Part shown: positions 1 through 10,835 of the stretch, one piece after another
Layout of the letters: every line of letters begins with the position of its first letter
Position numbering within the stretch: position 1 is the stretch's first letter
DNA from: Podarcis vaucheri
Taxonomy: Eukaryota
Reading direction: 5' to 3' (one strand)
Assembly (NCBI GenBank): GCA_965113315.1
Contig: OZ220377.1
Length of the DNA: 64,000 bases
Made by a program: the position numbers and the translations under genes
Notes under the pieces: model-generated
Databases searched by the model: none
What the model was told of the DNA's origin: nothing
What the model saw: the letters and a program-made list of their open reading frames with translations, nothing else

Positions 1-168
1 CAATCCATTTAGACTAATATTGCCTACTCTGATTTGCAGAGGCTCTCCAGGGTCTCAATCAAAGGCCCTTTTCCTAGCCTACCTGTCTGGGCTCTTTCAA
101 ACTAAGGATGCTGGAGATCAAACCTGGAACCTTTTGTATGAAAGCATCTGCTCTGCCACAGAGCTATG
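1..168 (-). mobile_element. Squam2-type tRNA-derived SINE, degraded, cut by window edge
   Basis: Reverse complement matches the dispersed tRNA-headed repeat also at 10733, 42045, 46956, 48720 and 59930 (GGCTCTCCAGGG...GAACC...GAGCTA). Confidence 0.6.
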
Positions 169-814
169 TTACAGTTTCCAGTTGACTGGTGAAGAAAACC
201 AGCACCCGCTCTTCCTGGGTACAGGTTTATGCGCATAGAGGCAGCCCAAGACCATTTTGCCTGCTTCGACTCACCTGCTTCTGCACATTAGAATTTCCAG
301 CCTATAACGATGGAGCAAAAAGGTTAATAGCAAAGCTTTAATACAGTATTAAAAACTGTTTTGCAATTCCCTGATGGCCAAGTCTCATTTAACCACCTTT
401 AATAGTTCTAGTGCCCCTTGTACCCATGATCAATAGCTTGCATGATCTACTATATATAAGGAGATAGTTGGGAAACTGCAGTTGGAAAACGATGCCCGTT
501 GTAAAGAGTGGGCAGACTGAGGTTAGAGGGCTGTGCCTCATTTGCCCTAACAGACTAGCCTCTGGAGGCAAATTAGTCCTTCCTAGCTACACCCTTTTCT
601 TGGATGCTCAGTATGTTTTGGCTTGTTTAAACCCACCAAAACACCTTGGGGGCACTGATGGGGTGCACGCATCCAGGCAGCAGAGATAAAGGGGGTATTT
701 ATGAGACCCCCCCCTTGAGCACACTGTGTTTTCTATGTGGACTTTATGATTTGCATTTTTGTTGTTGTTTAGCATCCAAAATGCACATTTTTGTTTAGCA
801 TCCAAAATGCATAT

Positions 815-1028
815 TTTTTTAAAAAAATAATTTTTATTTTTCAGTTTTTCAAAAATTTACTGACATACAAATCACAAACACACAAATTGCATAAATTTCC
901 CATAGACATATCCCCCCCTTTGTGGTTTCATTTTCATTTTTTAAAACTGCAATTTATACCTGAATCCACCCTGCTAACGAACTTATTTGGATACAAGAAT
1001 TTTTCAACTATTCCACAAATTTTCCCCA
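815..1028 (-). mobile_element. L1-like 3' end fragment (poly-A tail on minus strand)
   Basis: T-rich start (tttttttaaaaaaataatttttatttt). Flanked by an imperfect direct repeat, atccaaaatgcatat / atccccaaatgcacat. Confidence 0.45.
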
Positions 1029-1449
1029 ATCCCCAAATGCACATGTAAAAGGTTAATTTCAAGAGCTGTCAAACTGTGATTTTCTATGACTGAGGTAGTT
1101 ATTTGCAGTTGGTAGAGTTATGGCAGTTAGCTGAACAGTCTTAACAAAGCAGTGGGTATTTTATGTTGTGCTCCTGTTTGCCTCACAGTTAGTTAGTCTG
1201 TAACAGTTTAAGAAACATCCACCTGCATTGTATATTTAATCTGCAACTGCAAGGACACTTAGTAAAAGTTATTTGTCCTTTAAACTTTGAAAGAGAGTGT
1301 ATTGCATAGTTTTTATAGGAGGGAAAAGGAGAACTAATTAACAGGTCAAACGACCCAGGGCTGTCTTCCGCAAAGCCCTGCTAAATGGGAACTAGAGTTT
1401 AATTCCCACAAAAGCAACCTACCAAAAACGAAAAGAAAAAAAGGACATA

Positions 1450-1675
1450 CAGTGGTACCTCGGGTTACATACGCTTCAGGTTACAGACTCTGCTAACCCA
1501 GCAATAGTACCTTGGTTTAAGAACTTTGCTTCAGGATGAGAACAGAAATTGTGCTCCGGCGGCGCGCCGGCAGCGGGAGGCCCCATTAGCTAAAGTGGTG
1601 CTTCAGGTTAAGAACAGTTTCAGGTTAAGAACGGACCTCCGGAACGAATTAAGTACTTAACCCGAAGTACCACTG
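1450..1675. mobile_element. pogo/Tigger-like (Tc1-mariner superfamily) MITE
   Basis: TIRs CAGTGGTACCTCGGGTTA / TAACCCGAAGTACCACTG, with TA duplicated at 1448-1449 and 1676-1677. Confidence 0.9.
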
Positions 1676-1677
1676 TA

Positions 1678-2260
1678 CATTAAAACCAATGCAAAAAACT
1701 ACAATGGAGTAAAAGCTAAAAACACATTCATATTATAAAAAGGCAGGAATAGACCATCCCACTTACCAAAGGAAGCCATAGATGATAAAAGGCTGAAGGC
1801 CTGGAAGAAGAGAAACATTTCTGTTTGGTGCCTAGAGATAGGCAATGATGGTGCCAGACTTGCCTCCCTGGGGAGAGTGTTCCATAAGTGGGAGGCCACC
1901 ACCGAGAAGGTCCATTCACATGTCAACACCCTCTGCACCTACCTTGGAGAGGGCACAAGGAGAAGACCTTGCATGATGAATGCTGGGTCTTTGTTGGCTC
2001 ATGTGGGCTCCTGAGCTACATAAGGCTTTATAGGTTTAAAGCAGCACTTTGAGCTGAGCCCAGAAATTCCATGGAAGCCAGTGCAGTCATGCCAGAAGTG
2101 GTGTTTTATGTTCAGACTATCTTGCGTTGGTCAACAACCCGGCTGCTGAATTCTCAACCAGCAGCAGTTCCAAAACTGCCATCAAGGGCAGCCCCATGTA
2201 TATTGCATTGTGGTAATCTAACCCAAAAGATACCAGAGCCTAGACTACAGAAGCTATGCT
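1678..2260 (-). mobile_element. L2 LINE 3' fragment
   Basis: Minus-strand translation FSVVASHLWNTLPREASLAPSLPISRHQ is typical of the L2 ORF2 C-terminus. Homologous to 59345-59870. Confidence 0.75.
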
Positions 2261-3049
2261 ATCACATCCCCTATTTCCCCCTTTAAATGTACACACAGAA
2301 GCCACAGCCTCGAGGTGGAGGTGCCAGTTTGTCAGAAACAAAGCCTGCATACATCAAGGCTACCTGGCTGTGAGCCAGGCAACACCCTCCCAAGGTGCTC
2401 CCCCCCCCACTGCACACCAACCTTTAATTAATTAAAGGAAAGCATCTAAAACAAATGAAAATAAAAGCTCATTTTGCTGCAAACAATACACTTTTTTCTA
2501 GCTTCCTCCTTCTCTTTTGTCAGGAGAAGAAAGACAAGAAACGGCTAATTTCCAAATCAGGAAGAAGGCGAATATTGTTGGATCCCACTTGGAGAAAGCC
2601 ATTACCCAAATTAATGCTCCTAAAATGGACAAGGAACCTGTCCATTTCTGCTGTTTTTGTAGAGTCTGTCAGCTTTTTTCGGTGTTATGTAAGCACACAG
2701 GCCATCAGGCTAGCTCACTGCTCAGTGAGCAGAGGTGAGGTTCGTGATTTCAGGCATTATTATAACATCAAACTGTGTCTCCCTGTATCAGTCTTCATAA
2801 ACAACTGGGGTTCGTCAGCTCAAATCCTGCTTTGCATTTTGTCGGTAAGAGAGGTGAAATTTATGGTAGCTAGGGGGAGCAGCAGGGCCATCGTGGTGGT
2901 GTCTCCGAGGCTGTGAAATAGGAAGTTGCAGCTCTTCAACTGCTTTCAAGAGGGGCTGCAAAGTGTTCCTATGCTGGCTTGTCTTTGGTCTGTCTGGTCA
3001 AGAGTTAAACATGGAAGAGGCGGAAGTCAGGGAATCTTCTCTTTCAAAT

Positions 3050-3415
3050 CTTAGAATTGCAGAATTGCAAGCGAGGGTTATCTACTCCAACCCGTTGCAA
3101 TACAGGAATTTCAACTAGATCATACATGACAGATGGCCATCCAACCTTTGCTTAAAAACCTCCAAGGAAAGAAAGCCCATCACCTCTCATGGGATTCTGT
3201 TCCACTGTCAAACAGCTCTTACTGTCAGAAAGTTCCTTCCTTGTAATTTGAATCCATGGGTTTGGGTCCTAGCCTCTGGTGCAGGAAAAAGCAAGCTGGC
3301 TCCATCCTCCATGTGACAGCCCTTTAGATATTTGAAGTTGACTGTCATATCTCCCCTCAGTCGCTTCTTTACCATCCTAAACATACCCAATGCCCTCAAC
3401 CATTCATTGTAAGAG
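3050..3415 (-). mobile_element. CR1 LINE 3' fragment
   Basis: Translation LGMFRMVKKRLRGDMTVNFKYLKGCHMEDG aligns by eye with the C-terminus of the CR1 ORF at 54473-56206. Confidence 0.85.
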
Positions 3416-3445
3416 ACCCTTTTAAACCTTTGTACAGTAAGCTAA

Positions 3446-3450
<5 letters not shown>

Positions 3451-3498
<48 letters not shown>
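3451..3498. repeat. (AC)n microsatellite
   Basis: Perfect AC run, seen directly. Confidence 0.95.
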
Positions 3499-3500
<2 letters not shown>

Positions 3501-3817
3501 CTGTATACCCCCTCCAGGCAAAGAAGAGGCAGGATCAAACGTCAAGGAGGCAAAAACACTTGGGATATGAAGCTGGTGATGGGGAGGAGGCCTGGGAAGA
3601 GTTATGAGGGCCAGAGAGAGAGAGGCCTGGAGGGCCACAATTGGTCCCTAGGCCTGGGTTTTGGATCATGATGTTACCAAAGGTAGTACATAGCTCTGGA
3701 ACTGTAAAGAAAGTACACTACAGCTTCTGCCATCAGCCAAGGAAACTAGAGCCACTGGGAGGCTGTATACCTAGAGTTGCCATATTCTCAAAGTGAAAAT
3801 CTGGATAAAGTTGTTAT

Positions 3818-3876
3818 CCTTCCTTCCTTCCTTCCTTCCTTCCTTCCTTCCTTCCTTCCTTCCTTCCTTCCTTCCT
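3818..3876. repeat. (TTCC)n microsatellite
   Basis: Perfect tetranucleotide run, seen directly. Confidence 0.95.
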
Positions 3877-4555
3877 TTTGTCAAGGTTGTTGAGCTTGAC
3901 ATTTTTGGGCTTTTCTTGAATTTTAAAAGCATTAAGAATAAAATAAATTGTCCTGCTTGCCATACGTCCAGGTTTTCACAAACATTTTGCTGAGTCATCA
4001 AAAATCCATCCAGATGCCATTTTGCAGCCAATTCCCAGATGTGTTTGGAAAAAGCTGGATGTATGGCAGCCCTAATATACCCTGTCTCTTAGGATGATCA
4101 AAAGGCAAGAAGGAGACCACCCTGGTCCCAGTCACTGACTGGAGAAGGAGCAGCTGTAGGAGGCTTGCATCCCTGCCTGAAGGAACACTCAGCTCCAGCT
4201 GCCTGTAGCTCCAGGACTGCAAAAGCCAAGAGAAAGGTCACTCATGATCCAGCAATTGGCTGAAACCACAAGAACCATAAGTTGCTATTTGACCTTGAAC
4301 ACCAGCAAGGGAAGATTAGCCTGGTCTGAACTGTATAAAAATGGCTGCTTAAAGTCCAGAATGGGCTGATCTGTTGGCTTCTCCATTTCCGATTTTCCCA
4401 GACATAAGTTCATCCCTCCATATCTTCATATTTGTTTGAGAATTTTCTCCTTCACAAAAGAAGTACTCATGAAAAATTATCAGCAATTTAGTGTGAATTT
4501 GCCCTAATAGACACACCATTCTAGACACATTTTTGCAAAGCCATTTCCCCTTATA

Positions 4556-4770
4556 CAGTCATACCTTGGGTTGGGAATGTGATCTGTGCGGGAGGCATGT
4601 TCACAACCCTAAAGCGCTGCATCTGCGCACATGCATGACACAATTTGGTGCTTCTGCGCATGTGCGAGCGCTGAAACCCGGAAGTAACCCGTTCCGGTAC
4701 TTCTGGGTTTGGCGCGGTCCACAACCCGAAAACGTGCAACCCACAGCGTTCATAACCTGAGGTATGAGTG
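4556..4770. mobile_element. pogo/Tigger-like MITE nested in an older non-autonomous DNA element (about 4385-5013)
   Basis: TA + CAGTCATACCTTGGGTT ... AACCTGAGGTATGAGTG. The host element ends GAACTGAACTGAATTTCTCTGCCATTCCTA; related ends occur at about 16320 and 23859. Confidence 0.75.
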
Positions 4771-5250
4771 TGTCATGCATTGTGGCATGCTTGCTTCACT
4801 AATATATGCATTTTGTATGCACACTTCACCCCAGTATATGCATTTTTGTACACATTACTGGAGACATACTGCTAGAGAAATGCATTGCAAAATTTGGGGA
4901 AGTGCAAAATTCAGTGGAGGGTTGTATTTCAGTTCACATTTTGTTTTGGAACGTCTGAATTAGGTAGGTTTCCTCTTTAAATGAGAACTGAACTGAATTT
5001 CTCTGCCATTCCTATTTATAACCATCTACTTTTTGTGGCCTCTAATAACTGATCTGCCCTTCTCTGCCTTTCCTCTCTACTCATTTTCCCTTCTATGTCT
5101 GTCTTTTTAGCTTAGAAGGCTGGTGGCAACCACCCTCACTTTTAAAATTGATGTGAGTCACTCTGCGAAGCAAAACTGCGTGAAAAGCAGGAGACAAATA
5201 CAGGAAATAAATTAAGAAAAACAGTACTTGTCCAACTTGCAGTGTGAACT

Positions 5251-5301
5251 GGTGAATTGTATCCATGACATGGTCCGGTGAATTGTATCCATGACATGGT
5301 C
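5251..5301. repeat. Perfect 25-bp tandem duplication with 1-nt spacer
   Basis: GGTGAATTGTATCCATGACATGGTC at 5251-5275 and 5277-5301. Confidence 0.95.
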
Positions 5302-5364
5302 AAACAACAGAAGGAACTTTAATCCATGTCCCTGAATGCCAAGCCCAGGTCACTGCAGAACTCG

Positions 5365-5655
5365 TTTCTACAGGAGGCAGTCATGTATGTTGCTTTGGAT
5401 GGCTTTAAAAGAAGATTAGACAAATTTGTGGGGGACAAGGCTGTCAATGGCTACTAGACACAGCTGCTATGCTTTGCTTTAACTGCCAGAGACATCATCT
5501 CTAAATACCAGCTGCTAGAAACCACAGGAGGGGAGAATTACTGTTGTTCTCATATCTCACCTCTGGGATTCCTACAGGTACCTGGTTGGCCACTGTGAAA
5601 ACAGGATGCTGGATTAATGGACCATTAGCCTGATCCAATTGGAGGTTCTTACGCT
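5365..5655 (+). mobile_element. Old CR1-family 3' end
   Basis: Encodes DGFKRRLDKFVGDKAVNGY*. Its 3' UTR is shared with copies at 14985, 20428, 33359, 52968, 56400 and 61838. Confidence 0.75.
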
Positions 5656-6457
5656 CACATGGTGCATTATAAACAGTTTCATACTGCAAACCAGGTAATT
5701 GCAAATATTGGCTACATTGCCACTTAAGATGACATTTTGAGTGGCAGTTGAAAATGAGGTTTCTTTACATTTTCTGTTTTCATAGTAATGAAAGTGGAAG
5801 CCGAAAAATGTCCCTTTCTCCTTCAACTTGCCCAAATGACGTCCATGCTTCCTGCGCTTCCTGTTTATATTTATTGCCACCCCATTAACATCCCCCTCCC
5901 ATTGCATCCTTGCAGCAATTCCCTCCTCAGACCAGCACATTGGCACATTTAACCTTCTGCTATGTCCACATTATGCACTGAGCTACGGCAAATCGTTTAC
6001 CTGGGCAGTGAACTCTACCGAGCCGCATTCCAAATACAGCGATTTATTTGATACATTTCTGACAAGGGAAGCGACGTAAAAGGTCTCGCTTTTCTGACCG
6101 AGGTAAATAGCACATCATAATATAATCAGCAAGCAATACTAAAGAGCAATTCAAGGACTCTGGAGGGAAACATGTTGCCGGCTGATAAATGATTGGACAT
6201 GACATTCAACATTTCTGATAGGGGATCTGACGGTTAGGCCAGAAAGATGTGTTCACTGAAATGTGGCCTATAGTATGTAGAGAGGATGTGGGGAACATTT
6301 TTAAACTTGGGGCCAAATTCTTTCACAGGTAATCTTCTGGGGGCCACATGCAATTGGTGGGTGGGTTCAAAGCAAAAGTTGATGGGACAATGAATGTGTA
6401 GTAGACTATATTCCACCCATGCAAAAACCAGAGGTTTCTACACACAGCCATACACCT

Positions 6458-6497
<40 letters not shown>

Positions 6498-7531
6498 CCC
6501 CCCCATTCAGGTAAGCAATAGACATCATCACATTTCAAGGGAGTGATCTTCCTGGGTAGATAAACCACATAAATTGAAACCACATCCAAGGCACATTTAA
6601 AGCACACAGCTTCCACCCCAAAATCCTGGGAACTGCAGTTTCCCACTCATAGAGCTATGATTCGCAGTACCCTTAAAAACTACCGTTCCCAGGATTCTTC
6701 AGGGAACATCATGCACTTTACATGTGTGTTTAAATGTAATGGGGAACATTTTCCAGCCCAAGGGCCACATTCCCTTGTTGGCAACCTTCCAAGAGCCACA
6801 TGCCAGCTGTGGGTGTGGTCAAAGGCAAAAGTAGATGAGGCAACTCACATGAGTGGGCCAATGCATCCTACCTCCCAAGTGCTCCAGAAAAAAATGGGGC
6901 ATCCTATTTTTTTCATGCAAGATCATGGTGGCCACATGACGTGTGATGCTAATTATTTCCCCCAAGAGTTAAATGATAACTAATCAGAGGCAGCTACAGG
7001 AGAGCTATGAGATTCAGGTGAGGGTCAGATGCCTTGTCAATCCCAGCAGGCATCTGGCCTGCCCAGGCCTCCAGCCTGCCCACCATTCTCCTAAAGAAAA
7101 GAAGCATAGCATGGAAGACTTGTGTATAGTACACAGATCTGAAAGGGCCACAAAGGGTAAACCACCCAAAAGGTATCCTGAAGAGTTTGCTAAAACAGTC
7201 ATAGCAGATACAGATGTTGTTAGTAAATCAGAGAAGGTTTGGGAACTGTTATGTAGTGGGTTTAACACATTTTATGTTACAAGGTGCGTTCTAACCAATC
7301 GTATAAGCACTGGTAGACGAACATTCTAATGGCAAGTAAGCGCATGGACTTTCAACTGTCAACTGTCAACTGTCAACGGTCAGTTCATGCTCAGCATTAT
7401 GACTGTGTTGTCCAGTCAGTTCGGTTCTTGTTTTCCTATGAGCGAGCTGTGGTCACTGACAAATGTTGAATAAACATAGTTGAGAAACTTATACTGCCTT
7501 GGGCTTCTGACTTTTTCCGAACATTCAACAT

Positions 7532-7549
7532 TGGTGATGAGGATGGGGT
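7532..7549 (+). other. Primer-binding site, tRNA-Ser(GCU)-type
   Basis: TGGTGATGAGGATGGGGT directly after the 5' LTR. It matches TGGCGACGAGGATGGGAT (complement of the tRNA-Ser GCU 3' end) with two CpG transitions and one other change. Confidence 0.8.
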
Positions 7550-7711
7550 TGATGAGCTCCCACTGGCTGCCAGAGGCCCAAGACCGCACCGCCGCTTGCC
7601 GCCTCGCAGTAAGCGTGACCTTACTTAGCAAATAGTCCCGGAAATGAGACCGTGCCTGCAGCATCTTCGTAACCACCCACAATCGCACAAGTGACTGCTC
7701 CAGGTCCGAGG

Positions 7712-7834
7712 ATGGCCACCAGTCATAGTTGGCCACCACTGGACCTTGATGTGCGCCTAAGAAGGAGCTACGTCCGATTACAAGGCTTCACTAGGGAGGC
7801 AGACAAGGTGGATGTGCTACTGACGGTGCTGGGA
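7712..7834 (+). pseudogene. Gypsy gag N-terminal remnant
   Basis: ATG at 7712 reads MATSHSWPPLDLDVRLRRSYVRLQGFTREADKVDVLLTVLG, resembling the K-V-x-V-L-L-T-V-I/L-G gag motif. It is fused out of frame to integrase at about 7831. Confidence 0.6.
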
Positions 7835-8570
7835 AGTTCAAAGAATTTGTAACCAAGAATGGAATCCACCACATTCATTCCACTCCTTTTCACCGGGCCA
7901 CTAACAGCCAAGCTGAACGCATGGTCCGTAATACCAAAGATGCGCTTAGGCGCATAGTGCATGGAGACTGGACTCTCCAGCTAGCGGAGTTCTTATTGGC
8001 CCAACACATCACCCCAAGTGCAATGACTGGCTGGAGCCTGGCTGAGTTGCTTATGGGGAGGAGGCCAGTGTGGTGTAGTGGTTAAGAGCAGTAGACTCGT
8101 AATCTGGTGAACCAGGTTCATGTCTCCACTCCTCCACATGCAGCTGCTGGGTGACCTTGGGCTAGTCACACTTCTCTGAAGTCTCTCAGCCCCAGTCACC
8201 TCACAAAGTGTTTGTTGTGGGGAAGGGAAAGGAGAATGTTAGCCGCTTTGAGACTCTTTCGGGTAGTGATAAAGCAGGACATCAAATCCAAACTCCTCCT
8301 CCTCCTCTTCTTCTTCTTCTTCTCACTACCCTCCTTGATCATACGCACCCCGACCGGGCTCTTGAACAACGGCCATCCACTGTGGTGCGGGGGGCTCCAA
8401 GAGAGTTCTCCCCAGGAGACACTGTGTACGTCCGAAACTATGGGCCCGAACAGGGTTGGGTCCCTAGTATCATTGCCCGCTGTACAGGTCTGGTTTCCTA
8501 CGAGGTCGGGTTGGAGGGGGGACTGGTTTGGAAGAGACACCTCAACCAGATCAGAGCCAGGGCACCTCTG
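7830..8570 (+). pseudogene. Gypsy integrase C-terminal half, interrupted by a SINE
   Basis: FKEFVTKNGIHHIHSTPFHRATNSQAERMVRNTKDALR...TGWSLAELLMGRR | LTTLLD...FSPGDTVYVRNY...WVPSII...GLVSYEV...KRHLNQIR. This covers the catalytic Glu region of the DDE core and the C-terminal domain. Confidence 0.9.
8064..8321 (+). mobile_element. Squam3B-type tRNA-derived SINE
   Basis: A-box TGGTGTAGTGG, B-box-like GGTTCATGTC and a (CTC/CTT)n tail. Near-identical copy at 60559-60840. No TSD. Confidence 0.9.
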
Positions 8571-9036
8571 AACATGGAACTTCAAGTGGAACCAAAGGAC
8601 AGAGAAATGGGTACTTCGGGAGATTCTGTGCCCAGGCCAGAATGGGAACCAGACAGGTTGCCAGTGACTGAGTTACCCCAGCAGGGCAACTTCAGGCCGG
8701 GATCCTCAGTGGCTCCATTGGCAGTGACCCCTTCGGAGCCGGCCTTGCTGACCTCTCTTGCTGACTCAGACCACGGGTACCGGAGGAACCTCCTGGGTCA
8801 CCCACTTGGGCACAGGAACCACGACGGTCCCAGCAGGAACGGAAAAGGCCAGCACACCTTGATGACTATGTTTGTTCCTTTTGTTAGGAAGTTGGGGGGA
8901 GGAGTGTTATGTATTGGGTTTAACACATTTTATGTTACAAGGTGCATTCTAACCAATCGTATAAGCGCTGGTAGACAAACATTCTAATGGCAAGTAAGCG
9001 CATGGACTTTCAACTGTCAACTGTCAATGGTCAGTT

Positions 9037-9162
9037 ACAGATAGGTAGCCGTGTTGGTCTGCCATAGTCAAAATAAAAAAATTCCTTCCAGTAGCACCTT
9101 AAAGACCAACTAAGTTAGTTCTTGGTATGAGCTTTCGTGTGCATGCACACTTCTTCAGATAC
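9037..9162 (-). mobile_element. Penelope-like element pseudo-LTR fragment inserted in the Gypsy 3' LTR
   Basis: Absent from the 5' LTR. 12-bp TSD CAATGGTCAGTT at 9025-9036 and 9163-9174. Carries GTAGCCGTGTTGGTCTG...GCACCTTAAAGACCAAC and a hammerhead motif typical of vertebrate PLEs. Confidence 0.85.
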
Positions 9163-9163
9163 C
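9124..9163 (-). ncRNA. Minimal type-I hammerhead ribozyme
   Basis: Minus strand reads GGUAU-CUGAAGA-A-GUGUG(CAUG)CACAC-GAAA-GCUC^AUACC. It has the CUGANGA and GAAA core boxes, stem II, an NUH site and stem I (GGUAU/AUACC). Confidence 0.85.
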
Positions 9164-9679
9164 AATGGTCAGTTCATGTTTAGCATTATTTCTGTGTTGT
9201 CCAGTCACTTTGGTTCTTGTTTTCCTATGAGTGAGCTGTTGTCACTGACAAATGTTGAATAAACATAGTTGAGGAACTTATACTGCCTTGGGATTCTGAC
9301 TTTTCCCGAACATTCAACAGGAACCTTCAAGCTTCCAAAAGGTCCAAAGTTGAGCCTCAGAGCATGCTGAGTCATGGTTAAATGCCATGAAGGCTGAACT
9401 TGATTCCTTAGAGAGGAACAAGACATGGGAACTAGTTCCAGGCCTGCCCAGACCACAAAAGGTTTACAAAATTTAGTTATTGCAAAAGTTTTTCAGTATT
9501 AATTTTATGCATTTTTAAAAATCACCATGGTATTTAACAATACCAGTCTTTGATGGATGGATGGATGGATGAATAGAGAGATACCCACCCACCTCCATCG
9601 CCTCAAGCAAACAAGATGCATTCTGGCCAGGGAAAAGCACTTGAAGAGAGAGCAGATCAGGGCCAGTGAGGAGTGCTCT

Positions 9680-10124
9680 TGTCAGGAGCTCATCCTACAC
9701 TCGAGCAGGACCCTAGTAGAGACACATGCCCAACTGGCATGTTCTCTCCTTCCTGGTCATTCGTTCAGGAGCTTCAAAAACTTTCTTCACCCCAAACATC
9801 ACAGCGACCAATTCCAACAGACACCGACACACTTAGGGATCCGCAGAGTGTTCACAGTTTGTGTAACAGACCTCAGCAACTCAACATTTTGGCTAATCTA
9901 CTTTATTTACATATAAACACACACAGAGCACTGCAACATGGCTCCCTCTCTCTCTAGCATCAGACAGCAGAGAGCAAAAACAAAGGACAATAGTCCCACT
10001 TCACGGAACACAGTAACACAAACTTCCTGTCTTCGTCACTTCCCACTTTATGGAGTCAAAACAAGCACCGTTATGTGATAGACAAAAATCCCATGTCTGC
10101 AGTCATGGAGCAGGAATTCTAAGA
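9680..10124 (-). mobile_element. Solo LTR
   Basis: Ends TGTCAG...CTAAGA (degenerate TG..CA). Imperfect 5-bp TSD GCTCT/GGTCT. AATAAA on the minus strand at 9902-9907. Confidence 0.6.
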
Positions 10125-10732
10125 GGTCTGAGGGATGGTGTGTGGACTGAGCAGAATCCCACAGGCCAGATGGAAAGGTCTGGAGGGCCACATTCAAACC
10201 TCCAGGATGTTTCCCATTCCTGCTTTGGAGGTGAAGCAAAAGGCAAGCTTGATACCAGACCCAGGCAGTGCATAAATCTACCCACCATCCCTCCAGAAGT
10301 TCAAAGGCATGCAAAAAAGGGGAAGGGGGAAGCTAAAGTATGTCAGTTGGCAGATGCCTCCCCTCCAGTGATATTGCACGGGGTGTGGAAGGGGGAGGGG
10401 TTGCTGATGGCGATGATATGCTCTTGCTTTCTCTCTCTTCCTCCAGGCTGGCTGTGTACTCTGCACTGTGATGCTTTTGTTCTCAGACAACTTCCCCATC
10501 CGCTTTGCTGCAGGGGTCCGACTGTCTTTCAAGAAACAAAATCCCGGGGTTCTCCCTGAACTTTTGAAAATCTCTCTCTTCTCTTCTCTCCCCACCCTTG
10601 TACAGCTAAATGTACCATTTGAGAGAGAGTAGAAAGGCTGGAAGCGTGTGGGTGGTTTCATCCTGCTGCTGTGATGATGATCACTGCTAATATTGCCAAG
10701 TATAAAGCAGTGTTTGAGCATCGAAAGAGAAA

Positions 10733-10835
10733 GGGCTGTAGCTCAAAGGTAGAGCACCTGTTTTGTAGGCAGAAGGTCTCAGGTGTGAACCCTGGCATCT
10801 CCAGGTAGTGCTGGTGAGTGAGTGAGACCCTGTCA
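10733..10835 (+). mobile_element. Squam2-type SINE head
   Basis: GGGCTGTAGCTCAAAGGTAGAGCA...GGTGTGAACCCTGGCATCTCCA tRNA-like head, continuing into the SINE body GGTAGTGCTGG. Confidence 0.7.

Larger units (their letters stand above)
7247..9319 (+). mobile_element. Internally deleted Ty3/Gypsy (Mag-like) LTR retrotransposon
   Basis: LTRs TGTT...AACA at 7247-7530 and 8905-9319. 5-bp TSD GGAAC at 7242-7246 and 9320-9324. PBS at 7532-7549, polypurine tract at 8886-8904, gag and integrase remnants inside. Confidence 0.95.

Noticed and set aside
2455-2916. 153-aa ORF with a good acceptor at 2522-2523 and a phase-1 donor at 2735
   Set aside because: It could formally splice to 44648, but the peptide is unrecognisable, the gap is 42 kb and nothing else supports it.
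7352-7376. (CAACTGT)n short repeat, considered as a CRISPR-like array
   Set aside because: A spacer-less 7-bp tandem inside an LTR in eukaryotic DNA. There is no CRISPR array in the window.
8208-8987. 259-aa ORF
   Set aside because: A chance fusion of the SINE (CTC/CTT)n tail, the integrase C-terminus and the 3' LTR, with a non-ATG start. Not a gene.
10733-10803. tRNA-like sequence (also 46980, 48720 and other SINE heads)
   Set aside because: Stems are degenerate, and the sequence continues into a SINE body without an oligo-T terminator.
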